From: Myxococcota bacterium
GTDB taxonomy: Bacteria > Myxococcota_A > UBA9160 > UBA4427
Assembly (NCBI GenBank): GCA_965250285.1
Contig: OZ252299.1
Coordinates: 3,712,001-3,776,000, forward strand
Direction of reading: 5' to 3'
DNA: 64,000 nucleotides
The stretch's first letter is position 1. Every line of letters begins with the position of its first letter. The notes under the pieces were generated by a model. It was given only the letters and a program-made list of their open reading frames with translations, was not told the DNA's origin and ran no database searches. Of the stretch, positions 43,240-52,265 are shown piece by piece. The position numbers and the translations under genes were made by a program.

Positions 43240-43468
43240 GGTCATGACTCCCGATGAGCAGGTTGGCGGCCGAGAGGATCGACGGGACCCAGAGTCCGAC
43301 GAAGATCCCCTCCTCGCGCTGACCAGCGAAGAAGAGGTAGACGGAGGCGGCGAGCGACAGGCCCGCAGCAAGAAAGAAGAGCGCCTTTGGCGTGGTGACC
43401 CCGAGCGCCGAATCGATCGCGGCATCCTCACGGTCTTCGCGCCGGACGTGCTGCACCTTCACCTCCAT
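43232..43468 (-). CDS. Small 2-TM protein (78 aa)
   Basis: SD GGAGGT; FFLAAGLSLAASVYLFF...EGIFVGLWVPSILS. Confidence 0.7.
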   Translation of the reverse strand: MEVKVQHVRREDREDAAIDSALGVTTPKALFFLAAGLSLAASVYLFFAGQREEGIFVGLWVPSILSAANLLIGSHDHE

Positions 43469-43589
43469 GACTGACCTCCGCGCTGATCCGGGCGATGAGG
43501 ACCCGGCCTGGGCCACGCAGCGCGGTCTCTCGCCGCTTCGCGTCTCCCAATGGCTTCTCAGATGCACCCTCTGATCATGAAGTATCGTT

Positions 43590-43613
43590 TTTGTTTAATA
43601 TTACTTGTTCAAA
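43590..43613. promoter_or_regulatory. AT-rich operator-like site A
   Basis: TTTGTTTAATATTACTTGTTCAAA; 17/24 match to reverse complement of 49036-49059. Confidence 0.55.
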
Positions 43614-43653
43614 ATTGATATTCGGGGCATGTTCTCCGTGGGAGCACGCCACG

Positions 43654-43827
43654 ATGAGTGAGGCGAACGAGACCAATCGGCGGGAATGGGCGGCGCGAGC
43701 GTTGGGGGTTGCGGTGGGCCTTTTCGCCGCGGCCGTCGCCTGGTCGACCCTTCGCTGGCCAGCCCCTGCGATCGCGTTCGCGCTGGGCTTCGGGGCCTAT
43801 CTCGCGGCGAGCCCGAAGGAACACTGA
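43654..43827 (+). CDS. Small 2-TM protein (57 aa)
   Basis: SD GGGAG; ALGVAVGLFAAAVAW...AIAFALGFGAYLA. Confidence 0.5.
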   Translation: MSEANETNRREWAARALGVAVGLFAAAVAWSTLRWPAPAIAFALGFGAYLAASPKEH

Positions 43828-43884
43828 GCGTCGCGGCCAGGTGATCCGCGCGCGCTGGTCGGCGATCCGCCATTCGGCGTAGGC

Positions 43885-45369
43885 TCAGACCTGGCCGCGC
43901 GTGAGCCCGCGCAACAATCGATCAGCCGTCTCGAGCGTCTCAGCCCGGTCCGCCAACCTGTCGAGGCTTCGAACGGCCATCGACGTACGGGGGTAGCGAC
44001 TCAACCGGTCGCGATGTCGGTCGACGAAGCGCCAGTAGAGCGCCGTCAGCGGGCACGCCGCGTCGCCGACGCGCCGCTTCGGATCGTACGCGCAGTCGCC
44101 GCAGTGATCGCTCATGCGGTTCATGTACGCGCCACCCGCCGCATACGGCTTGGACGCCATCTGTCCGCCGTCGGCGTGGAGCCCCATGCCGATCACGTTC
44201 GGCACCATCACCCACTCGGCCGCGTCGACGAAGCTGCGCTCCATCCACGCGAGCAGATCCAGCGGACGCACGTCGGCCAGAAGCCCGAGATTCGCGAGCA
44301 CCATCAAGCGCTCGATGTGATGCGCCCAGCCCCGCTCATGCACGTTGCCGACGGCGGCGCGCACGCAGGCCATCGATGTTCGAGCCGGATCTTCGAAGCT
44401 CGGCAGCAGCTTGCGCCGCGCACCCAGTGCGTTGAGGCTTCGGTAGTCGGGCATCCAGAGCCAGTAGACGCCCCAGACGTACTCACGCCAGCCCGCGATC
44501 TGACGAACGAAGCCCTCGGCGGATGCGATCGGGACGCGCCCTTCGCGGTAGGCGCGCTCGGCCGCCTCACAGACCTCTGCGGGATGCAGCAGCCCGATGT
44601 TGAGCGCCGGGCTCAGGAGCGCGTGGGCCAGATGCCACGACCGCGTCGTCATCGCATCCTGATGCGGGCCGAACTGCGGCAGGCAGTCGTCGACGAAGTG
44701 ACGCAGTCGCTTGAGCGCCGCGCGGCGCGAAGTGGGCCACCAGCCTTCGGGATCGGCTCCAAAGCCTGCTTGCCCGATCTCATCGAGCACCTCGCGATCG
44801 ATCGCGTCGAGCTGTGAGCGTACAGGCGCCGGCCAGACGCCCTCCTTCGGCGGGGGCTTTCGGTTCTCGGGGTCGAAGTTCCAGCGCCCGCCCGCCGGCT
44901 CGTCGCCATCCATCAAGTACCCGAGTCGGGCGCGCTGCCAGCGGTAGAAGTTCTCCATGCGCAGCGCGCCGCGGTCGTTGGCCCAGGCGCGAAATGCGTC
45001 GGGATGACACAGGAACTGGTCGTTGGCCACGAGCTCGACGCCCCAGTGCTCGAGCCGTTCGGCCGCGCCGAAGCGGCTCGGCTCCATCGCGACCACGCGC
45101 TCGGGAGCGTGCTGCGCCACATGCGCTTCGAAGCCGACGCGCATGCTGGTCGCCTTGCGATAGTCGACTTCGAAGCCCGCCCCTTCGAGCTCCGAAGCGA
45201 ATCGGCGCATCGCAGTCATGTAGAGATGAAGTCTCTGACGGTGCCAACGGTGGGCGCGAAGGCGGGCCTCGCTCTCGACGAGCAGCACGCGTGTATCGGC
45301 CGGGGTGCAATCGCGCAGCGAGGCGATCTGGCGGTTCAGCTGATCTCCCAGGATCCAGACGGTCTGCAT
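43885..45369 (-). CDS. Cryptochrome/photolyase, FeS-BCP (prokaryotic 6-4 photolyase-like)
   Basis: WILGDQL, RMENFYR, GGRWNFD, EGFVRQIAGWREY, HHIERLM, KPYAAGGAY; four Fe-S Cys (MAC, HCGDC, ACP). Confidence 0.92.
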   Translation of the reverse strand: MQTVWILGDQLNRQIASLRDCTPADTRVLLVESEARLRAHRWHRQRLHLYMTAMRRFASELEGAGFEVDYRKATSMRVGFEAHVAQHAPERVVAMEPSRFGAAERLEHWGVELVANDQFLCHPDAFRAWANDRGALRMENFYRWQRARLGYLMDGDEPAGGRWNFDPENRKPPPKEGVWPAPVRSQLDAIDREVLDEIGQAGFGADPEGWWPTSRRAALKRLRHFVDDCLPQFGPHQDAMTTRSWHLAHALLSPALNIGLLHPAEVCEAAERAYREGRVPIASAEGFVRQIAGWREYVWGVYWLWMPDYRSLNALGARRKLLPSFEDPARTSMACVRAAVGNVHERGWAHHIERLMVLANLGLLADVRPLDLLAWMERSFVDAAEWVMVPNVIGMGLHADGGQMASKPYAAGGAYMNRMSDHCGDCAYDPKRRVGDAACPLTALYWRFVDRHRDRLSRYPRTSMAVRSLDRLADRAETLETADRLLRGLTRGQV

Positions 45370-45438
45370 GGTTGCGGCCCCTCGTTGAAGTCGTTCGAGC
45401 GCACGCACGCCCGATCCGGAGCCGCGGCTCGCCCCGCT

Positions 45439-46215
45439 TCAGCGCTCGTCGGCGTCCCGCGACAGCTTGAGCTGCCCGAGCGCCTTGCGACGCAGGTAGG
45501 CGTACTGCTCGAGCAGCGGCAGCCCTTTCGGACAGACGTCGTGACAGCCCATCAGCCCCACGCAGCCGAACACACCCTGGTCGCTCGCGACGACGTCGAA
45601 CCAGTCGTCCTCGTCTCGGGCGTCCCGGGGATCGCGCATGAATCGCGCAATCCGATTCAGGCCGGCCGCTCCGACGAAGTCGTCGCGCACGTTCGCAACC
45701 CCGCAGCCGGCGATGCAGCAGCCGCACTCGATGCAGCGCTCACCCTCGTAGATCGCCTGGGCCAGCTCATCGTCCATTCGTTCTTCGACGGCCTCGGGAT
45801 CGAACGGCGCCTTCTCGTGCACCCAGGCACCGACGCGCTCGGCCATGTTTCGAAACCACGTGCCGGTATCCACCGAGAGATCGCCGACCATCTTGAAGAC
45901 AGGCAGCGGCTGCAGCCGAATCGTGTCGGGCAGGTCGCGGGTGAGCGTCTTGCAGGCGAGCGCCGGCCGACCGTTCACGACCATTCCGCACGAGCCACAG
46001 ATGGCCGACCGGCACGCAAAGTCGAACTGCAGGCTCGGGTCGAGTTCTTCACGGATCTCGTTGAGCGCCGTGTACAGGGTCATGTACGGCTTCTCGACCA
46101 GCTCGAACGTGTCGAAGCGCGGCTTCGAGTCGGGGGCTTCCGGGTTCAGTCGGAAGACTTCGAACACGAGGGTGCGGCCGACGTCGATCGAGACTTCTTG
46201 CACGATCATGGACAT
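45439..46215 (-). CDS. frdB: Fumarate reductase iron-sulfur subunit
   Basis: CRSAICGSC..C, CIECGCCIAGC, CVGLMGCHDVCPK; GDLSVDTG. Confidence 0.9.
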   Translation of the reverse strand: MSMIVQEVSIDVGRTLVFEVFRLNPEAPDSKPRFDTFELVEKPYMTLYTALNEIREELDPSLQFDFACRSAICGSCGMVVNGRPALACKTLTRDLPDTIRLQPLPVFKMVGDLSVDTGTWFRNMAERVGAWVHEKAPFDPEAVEERMDDELAQAIYEGERCIECGCCIAGCGVANVRDDFVGAAGLNRIARFMRDPRDARDEDDWFDVVASDQGVFGCVGLMGCHDVCPKGLPLLEQYAYLRRKALGQLKLSRDADER

Positions 46216-46232
46216 TCGATCACTCCTGCACG

Positions 46233-48200
46233 CTACTCGCTGCGCTGCGGCGGCGACGTGTGATCCGCCGAGTCTTGCCAGCGCCCCCACCGCATCCGGC
46301 TGCCCAGCGGTTCGGAAGGGTCAGGTGCACCGCCGGCGCCCCAGGCAGCGCCGACGGCGCGGTTGTAGTCCTCGATCGAGGACTCCATCCCGACGGTGAG
46401 ACTCTTGCCGTAGCCCCGGTCGCCCGGCGGCAGATCGATCAAGCCCACCGGCTCGTACGAGAGGCGGGCCGCGCCTTCGTCGTGGGACCAGTGGGCGAGT
46501 GTGCGGTTGAGCCAGCGATCGTCGTCCCGTGCCGGATGGTCGGTTCGGTAGTGGGCACCGCGGCACTCCGTACGAGCGAGGGCGCCCTGCGCGGTGATCA
46601 GCGCGAGGCGCGCCATGCCCTCGAGGCGCAGCGCGAACGTGAGCTCGGGGTTCGCGCCGGGCGCCTTCGAACGCAGGGCCGCACGGCCGACCAGCGCGAG
46701 CTGCCCTTCGATCTCCTTCGTCGCCTGCTCGAGCTCTTCACCGTTGCGAAAGACGCCGACCTTGTGATTGAGCGTCTCGGCGATCGCGTCGCGAATCGCG
46801 TACACGGTCGGGCCATCGGCGGATCGCTCGAGCCAATCCACGAGCCGGCGGTCGACGTCGTGGTGGAACGCATGCGCGACGGCCGTGTCGAGGGCGAGCG
46901 ACGTCTGCGACGCGAACTCGGCCACGTGGCGCCCGACGAAGCGTCCGGCGACCACCGTCTCGGCGAGGCTGTTGCCGCCGAGCCGATTGAAGCCGTGCAG
47001 ATCCCAGCAGGCCGCCTCACCGACGGCGAAGAGACCGCGCAGGCCGTAGGCCTCGCCGTGCTTGTTGACGCGCACACCGCCCATCGAATAGTGCTGGATC
47101 GGCCGCACCGGGATCGGCTCGCGCGCCGGATCGAGGCCGTTGAAGTCGCGACAGATGTCCCAGACCTCGCGCAGCTTCGTTCGCAGATGCTGCTCACCGA
47201 GATGTCGAAGATCGAGCCACAGGTGCTGGCCCGCGTCGCTCTCGACGCCACGCCCATCCTTGATCTCGGCCATCATGTGGCGCGAAACGACGTCGCGGCT
47301 CGCCAGCTCCTGCTTCTCGGGCTCGGCACGCACCATGAAGCGCTCGCCCTGGGTGTTGAGCAGATACCCCCCGTCCCCGCGACAGCCTTCGGTCACGAGA
47401 ATGCCGCTCGGGACGAGCCCGGTCGGGTGAAACTGCACAGCCTCCATGTTGCCGAGCGGAACGACACCGGTATCGAGCGCGAGCGAGGCGCCAGTGCCCT
47501 CGTTGATCGTTGCGTTGGTCGTGTAGCGACCGTAGATGCGGCCGTGGCCCCCGGTCGCGACGACTGTCGCCTTGGCGACGAAGGAGGTCAGCGCGCCGGT
47601 GCGCAGGCATCGGGTCACGGCGCCCCAGCAGCGGCCAGCGTCGTGGATCAGCGAGAGCGCCTCGATGCGATCGATCACGCGAATGCCGAGGCGCACGACC
47701 TCGCCATCGACGGCGTACAGAACGGCGTGGCCCGTGCCCGCCGACGCGTAGCAGGCGCGCCACTTCGCGGTCCCGCCGAAGTTGCGGTGCATGATCAGGC
47801 CGGCCTTCTCGTCGGGCTCGTCGATCTCGACCTTCTGCCCCTTGACGAAGTAGGTGTTTCGGCCGGGGCGCACGCGCGTCCAGGGCACGCCCCAATGCGC
47901 GAGCTCGCGCACGGCGACGGGCGCCTCTTCACTGAAGATCCAGGCGACCTCCTGGTCGGCGCCCCAGTCGGATCCACGCACGGTGTCGAGGAAGTGCAGC
48001 GTCGGGTCGTCGCCCTCGGCCTTCACGCAGTTGCCGAGTGCCGCCTGCATCCCGCCTTGGGCGGCGCAGCTGTGGCTGCGGCGCGGCGGCACGAGTGAGA
48101 GCAGCGTGACGTCGTGCCCCGCGACTGCGGCCTCGATGGCGCAACGTTCACCGGCCAGCCCGCCGCCGATCACGAGGACGTCGGTCGATCGCAGGTCCAT
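46233..48200 (-). CDS. frdA: Fumarate reductase flavoprotein subunit
   Basis: DVLVIGGGLAG, RRSHSCAAQGG (covalent FAD His), QFHPT, TEGCRGDGG, RDVVSR, HYSMGG, NRLGGNSL, PPGDRGYG. Confidence 0.92.
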   Translation of the reverse strand: MDLRSTDVLVIGGGLAGERCAIEAAVAGHDVTLLSLVPPRRSHSCAAQGGMQAALGNCVKAEGDDPTLHFLDTVRGSDWGADQEVAWIFSEEAPVAVRELAHWGVPWTRVRPGRNTYFVKGQKVEIDEPDEKAGLIMHRNFGGTAKWRACYASAGTGHAVLYAVDGEVVRLGIRVIDRIEALSLIHDAGRCWGAVTRCLRTGALTSFVAKATVVATGGHGRIYGRYTTNATINEGTGASLALDTGVVPLGNMEAVQFHPTGLVPSGILVTEGCRGDGGYLLNTQGERFMVRAEPEKQELASRDVVSRHMMAEIKDGRGVESDAGQHLWLDLRHLGEQHLRTKLREVWDICRDFNGLDPAREPIPVRPIQHYSMGGVRVNKHGEAYGLRGLFAVGEAACWDLHGFNRLGGNSLAETVVAGRFVGRHVAEFASQTSLALDTAVAHAFHHDVDRRLVDWLERSADGPTVYAIRDAIAETLNHKVGVFRNGEELEQATKEIEGQLALVGRAALRSKAPGANPELTFALRLEGMARLALITAQGALARTECRGAHYRTDHPARDDDRWLNRTLAHWSHDEGAARLSYEPVGLIDLPPGDRGYGKSLTVGMESSIEDYNRAVGAAWGAGGAPDPSEPLGSRMRWGRWQDSADHTSPPQRSE

Positions 48201-48205
48201 CGCAG

Positions 48206-48997
48206 CTACCCCTTCAGCAGGAAGGCGAGCGGCGGATCGGCCCACCCGGCCAGCACGACGAGCGTGACGGCGCCGAGGCCGAGAAAGCCGACGAGCAGCA
48301 CGCGCTCGATTCGGAGCAGGGTGCGACGACCCAGCCGGGCCCCGATGCCCCACTTCACGGCAAAGCGATAGAGCCCGACGCTCGCATGGAATTCGACGCA
48401 GAGCAGAAGTACGGCGTAGACGACCCAGAGCCCTGCCCCCACCCGGGCCTGCGACGTCGCCGCCTCGATCCCCGTGCGCTCGCCGAACAGCGGCGTCAGC
48501 ACGTCGACGGCGACCAGCACCAGATGGAAGCTGCCCAACACGAGCAGCGTCATGCCCGTCCAGACCTGCCAGAGCCAGAGAGACGACTCGACATGCGGCG
48601 TGTAGCCCGTGCCGCGTGCCTTCAGCTCGTCGCCGAGAGCGCGCAGCCGCCTTCGCTCGCGAATCTGGGCGGGGATCTTGCGGCTCGCGAGGGCGGCGTG
48701 CGTGAGAAAGAGCGCCGAGATCGCAAACACGGTTGGCTGCGCGATGTAGACGTGCTCGAGCCCCGACGCGAGCCAGTCGAAGCCGCGCGCGCCCGTGAGG
48801 ATCGAGCCCACCAGCACCATGTGGCCCCACATGAAGAAGGCCAGTCCCACCCCCGAGAGGCCACTGGCCAGCTCGTACACGAGCTGGCGCTGGGCCTCCC
48901 GGCGGAGAGACGTTGCCCCCGCCCGCCGCTGCCAGGGGAGAGGGGATGCGCGGCGGGCGGGGGGTGAAGTGCGGTCCTGGGGGGTGGCAGCTGCCAT
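48206..48997 (-). CDS. frdC: Fumarate reductase diheme cytochrome b anchor (5-TM, type B)
   Basis: SGLSG..FFMWGHM, LTHAALA.RKIP, WLWQVWTG..FHL, VEFHASVGLYRFAVKWG (four His ligands). Confidence 0.88.
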   Translation of the reverse strand: MAAATPQDRTSPPARRASPLPWQRRAGATSLRREAQRQLVYELASGLSGVGLAFFMWGHMVLVGSILTGARGFDWLASGLEHVYIAQPTVFAISALFLTHAALASRKIPAQIRERRRLRALGDELKARGTGYTPHVESSLWLWQVWTGMTLLVLGSFHLVLVAVDVLTPLFGERTGIEAATSQARVGAGLWVVYAVLLLCVEFHASVGLYRFAVKWGIGARLGRRTLLRIERVLLVGFLGLGAVTLVVLAGWADPPLAFLLKG

Positions 48998-49003
48998 GAC
49001 TGG

Positions 49004-49079
49004 AACGTATGGCACCCGCATCCCAATGTAAACTCTTTGAATACATTTTATTTGACAAAGAGTGTTCTTTCGATAGCTT
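49004..49079. promoter_or_regulatory. Divergent sigma70-like promoters with operator-like site B
   Basis: Minus: TTTACA(49032-27)-N17-TACGTT(49009-04), 6 nt before frdC ATG. Plus: TTGACA(49052-57)-N16-TAGCTT. IR ACTCTTTG-N16-CAAAGAGT (49032-49063). Confidence 0.65.
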
Positions 49080-49237
49080 CCCGTTCGTCGAGATATAGGA
49101 CCGCGCGGCTCACCGGCCCGTCGGCTCGCGCACAAATCCTCGAACCGGGCAGGAACAGCGATCGTGTCCACGTTCTAGTCGGCAAAAGATGTACCGTCGG
49201 CGAACCCGTCGACGCGAGAAAGAGGAGGTCGACGGCG

Positions 49238-50272
49238 ATGACCCCGCAGCCCCAGGGACCGTCCAATGGAGGGGGAGCACACGTGGCCCAGCAGGATCCC
49301 GATCAGTCGCTGTATCGCGTCGGCACGGCGGCGCAGCTGAGCGGCGTGCCGCCGGCCACCATCCGTGCCTGGGAGCGGCGGTACGGTGCCGTCGACCCGA
49401 AGCGATCCGAGACCGGGCGGCGACTCTACGACGATGAAGACGTCGCGCGGCTGCAGTTGATGAAGGCGCTGACGGATGTCGGCGATCCGATCAGTGCGAT
49501 CGCCAACCTCGATTATGCCGAGCTCCGCGATCGACTCGATCGCCACGCTGCCCGGCCCCAGCCCATCGACGGCGATTCGACGATGGCGACGCGGGTTGCC
49601 CTACTCGACCCCGAGATCGAGGAGCAGATCCGCGCGAACCCCGGCGACTTCTCGCCGCTCGAGGTCGCCGGGGCGGATGGCTCGATCGACTCGTTCATCG
49701 AGCGGCTGCCGGGCATGCAGGCCGACGCGCTCGTCATGCACATCGACCGACTCGGCCCCGACCCGGTGACCGCCGTCGATCAGGCGCTCAAGGCGGCCGG
49801 CGCGAACGTGGCGGTCGTCCTCTACCACTTTGCCGCTGCGCCCACCCTGCGGCGACTCGCCGATCGAGGCGTGCGGCTGCTCATGCTGCCGACGCGCGTC
49901 TCGTCGCTTCGACGCACGATCCGCGACTTCATCGACATCCGCCGGGCGACGGCGGTCCGCGACGCCCTCATCGCGATCGAGTCGCGCGCACCGGATGACC
50001 GCGCGTCGGCGGCCGCCGAGCGACGCTTCACCGATGCCCAGCTGGCCCGGCTGCAAGAGATCACCAGCTCGGTGGAGTGCGAGTGTCCGAGCAACCTGTC
50101 GGGTGTGATCAAGAGCCTGGTCGCGTTCGAGCGCTACAGCAGCCAGTGCGTGAGCGACAGCCCCCGAGACGCCGAGCTGCACCGGGCGCTCGAACGCGGC
50201 ACCGGCCACGCCCGCGCGCTCATGGAAGAGCTGCTCATGCGCGTCTGCGAGCACGACGGGCTGACGATCTGA
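49238..50272 (+). CDS. MerR family regulator with Cys-rich C-terminal domain
   Basis: SD GAGGAGG (alternative GTG 49283); YRVGTAAQLSGV..TIRAWERRYG..P.RS..GRRLY; C-terminal CECP..L...FERYS.QC...LH. Confidence 0.9.
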   Translation: MTPQPQGPSNGGGAHVAQQDPDQSLYRVGTAAQLSGVPPATIRAWERRYGAVDPKRSETGRRLYDDEDVARLQLMKALTDVGDPISAIANLDYAELRDRLDRHAARPQPIDGDSTMATRVALLDPEIEEQIRANPGDFSPLEVAGADGSIDSFIERLPGMQADALVMHIDRLGPDPVTAVDQALKAAGANVAVVLYHFAAAPTLRRLADRGVRLLMLPTRVSSLRRTIRDFIDIRRATAVRDALIAIESRAPDDRASAAAERRFTDAQLARLQEITSSVECECPSNLSGVIKSLVAFERYSSQCVSDSPRDAELHRALERGTGHARALMEELLMRVCEHDGLTI

Positions 50273-50300
50273 CCCCCGCGCTGCCTGCGAGCCCCCTGCC

Positions 50301-50747
50301 GTGACCACCGCCCTGCTGCTCGTCCACTTTGCGTGCACCTGGTACCTCGTCGGTCTCTGCTGGCTCGTGCAGCGCGTGCAGTACCCGCTGATGAGCGCCG
50401 TCGGCGAGGAAGCCTTCACCGAGTACGAGCAGGGTCACGTCGCGCGTATTACGCCCGTCGTCGCACCGCCCATGCTGCTCGAGGCGGCGAGCGCGATGGC
50501 GCTGGTGATCGCGGCGCCCGCCCTGCTGACCTCCCCGCTCTTCTTGGCCACGGGCGTGCTGCTCGCCGTGATCTGGATCTCGACCTTCGCAGTGCAGGTG
50601 CCGCTGCATACCCGGTTGAGCGAGCGATTCGACGCCGCCGCGCACCGACGACTGGTGCGCACCAACTGGATCCGGACGGTGAGCTGGTCCCTTCGCGGGC
50701 TGCTGCTGCTCCCGATCGTCTTCTCGTGGATCCGCGGGACGGTGTGA
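50301..50747 (+). CDS. Conserved hypothetical membrane protein (4 TM)
   Basis: GLCWLVQRVQYPL, VVAPPMLLE, STFAVQVPLH, NWIRT. Confidence 0.75.
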   Translation: MTTALLLVHFACTWYLVGLCWLVQRVQYPLMSAVGEEAFTEYEQGHVARITPVVAPPMLLEAASAMALVIAAPALLTSPLFLATGVLLAVIWISTFAVQVPLHTRLSERFDAAAHRRLVRTNWIRTVSWSLRGLLLLPIVFSWIRGTV

Positions 50748-50795
50748 GCTGAAACGCCTTCAGGCGATGCGCAGGACGGCGTCGCCCGTGCGTGC

Positions 50796-51935
50796 TCACG
50801 GCGTAGCGGCCGGTTCCTCGCGCGGCGCCTCGGCTTCCGTACGGCGCAGCACCACGGTCCAGTACCAGAGCTCACAGGCGTAGCGGGTCGTGTGACGCCG
50901 GTAGAGCGCCTCGAAACGGCGGTAGAAGGCATCGCTGAGTCGCTGCACCTCCGTTTCGTTCTCGGCCGACGGCTCGAAGAGCTGCGTCCGCAACGTCGAG
51001 TCAGCGAAGGCCCGCGTGTAGCCCGTGTAGCGCTCGGCATACAGATCGGGGCGATCGACGAGATCCGCGAAGACGTCGCCCGGGTTCACCGCCGCGGGCT
51101 CGACCGCGACGTGCTCGATCTCGAACGCCCGCGCGAGCGCCGCATCTTCGACGAGCGGCCGTCGCACCTCGGCTTCGGTCATGAACCAGAGGCCGAAGAC
51201 GAACGCGTCGAGCACGTCCGGGCGCAACAGGCCTTCGTCGACCATCTCGCGTGCGACCCGCTGCAGAGCGCGGTAGATCCCCCGCCCGGAACACGCCGAC
51301 CCGTTCGCCTCGTTCGCATCGGGGACCGAGCCGAGGGACGAGACCAGCAGCGCACCGCCAGGGCGAAGCTCACTGGCCCGGCACTTCAAGAAGCGCCGCC
51401 AGTCACGCTCGGCGAGTGCGGCGAGCGCATCTCTCGGTGCGCCGTCGAGATCAGCGAACCAGACTGCGTCGGGCGCCTCGACGTGCGGCGCCGCGCTCAG
51501 CCAGTGGGCCGCCGCGAACGAAGTGCCCAGAACGATGGACCCCGGCGCAGCACATACGTCGTAGAAGCTGCCGATCGACGCCTCGGTGCGCACAGGGCCG
51601 GGACCAGCGCCGTACCCCTGCTCACCGGTCGCGCGCCGAAAGAGGGCGTTCCAATCGTTCCCCGGCTGATCCACGTGGCGCACCGTGATCGGCGCTTCGG
51701 CGAAGCGCGCGCGCAGCGCCTGCACCGCTGGAACGACGGCCTGCACGGCGGTGGGCCCCGGGCCACAGCCGTAGTCGGCGATCTCGATCTGGGCCGCGCC
51801 CACGTCCACCCGAGCCGCGAGCGCTCGGATCCGCGCTTCGTGAAATCGGATCAGCTCGAACTGCGCCCGCGAGTTCTCGCCGTACTCGACCATGCCCTCG
51901 GTCGAAGGGGGCGCGGCTCGCTCCGTTTCCTGCAT
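50796..51935 (-). CDS. SABATH-family SAM-dependent carboxyl methyltransferase
   Basis: IADYGCGPG, DQPGNDWNALF, GSFY, AAHWLS, DWRRFLKCRASELRPGG. Confidence 0.85.
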   Translation of the reverse strand: MQETERAAPPSTEGMVEYGENSRAQFELIRFHEARIRALAARVDVGAAQIEIADYGCGPGPTAVQAVVPAVQALRARFAEAPITVRHVDQPGNDWNALFRRATGEQGYGAGPGPVRTEASIGSFYDVCAAPGSIVLGTSFAAAHWLSAAPHVEAPDAVWFADLDGAPRDALAALAERDWRRFLKCRASELRPGGALLVSSLGSVPDANEANGSACSGRGIYRALQRVAREMVDEGLLRPDVLDAFVFGLWFMTEAEVRRPLVEDAALARAFEIEHVAVEPAAVNPGDVFADLVDRPDLYAERYTGYTRAFADSTLRTQLFEPSAENETEVQRLSDAFYRRFEALYRRHTTRYACELWYWTVVLRRTEAEAPREEPAATP

Positions 51936-52265
51936 GTGTTCCTCGCGTCGGCTCACTCGACGAATCGCCGTCTTCCGCCCGGACGGCCGACTTCACGTCG
52001 ATCAAGATACCAGGACGGCTCGCCTCCGAGCGGATCGCGAGGGCGTGAGGAGAGGTAGCGGAGCGCTCCGCGACTCGGAGGTCGCGGGGTCTCGCTCGTC
52101 GCAGGGCCCGGCTCGCCGGCTGCTCGCGACGCACACCCGATCCGGCCCGTTCGGGCCGTCTCCGAGTGCACGCTCGGCGCGAGATCGGGCGTAACCTCGA
52201 GCGCGCCAGGGCGTATCGAGATCTGCGACCCGCGATGTCGCAACGCCTCGCTGAGGAGGGACTCG

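Noticed and set aside
46233..49058. 941-aa ORF suggesting an N-terminally extended FrdA
   Set aside because: The extension overlaps frdC out of frame; FrdA starts at ATG 48200.
49238..50272. Canonical B12-dependent CarH
   Set aside because: Cobalamin-binding motifs absent, and the 11-bp direct-repeat operator spacing is not cleanly met.
51960..52260. GC-rich structured intergenic segments (also about 7470-7630, 15540-15800, 26270-26470) as ncRNA, riboswitch or REP
   Set aside because: No recognisable family motif or clear shared repeat; hairpins are expected at this GC. An Rfam/Infernal scan would decide.
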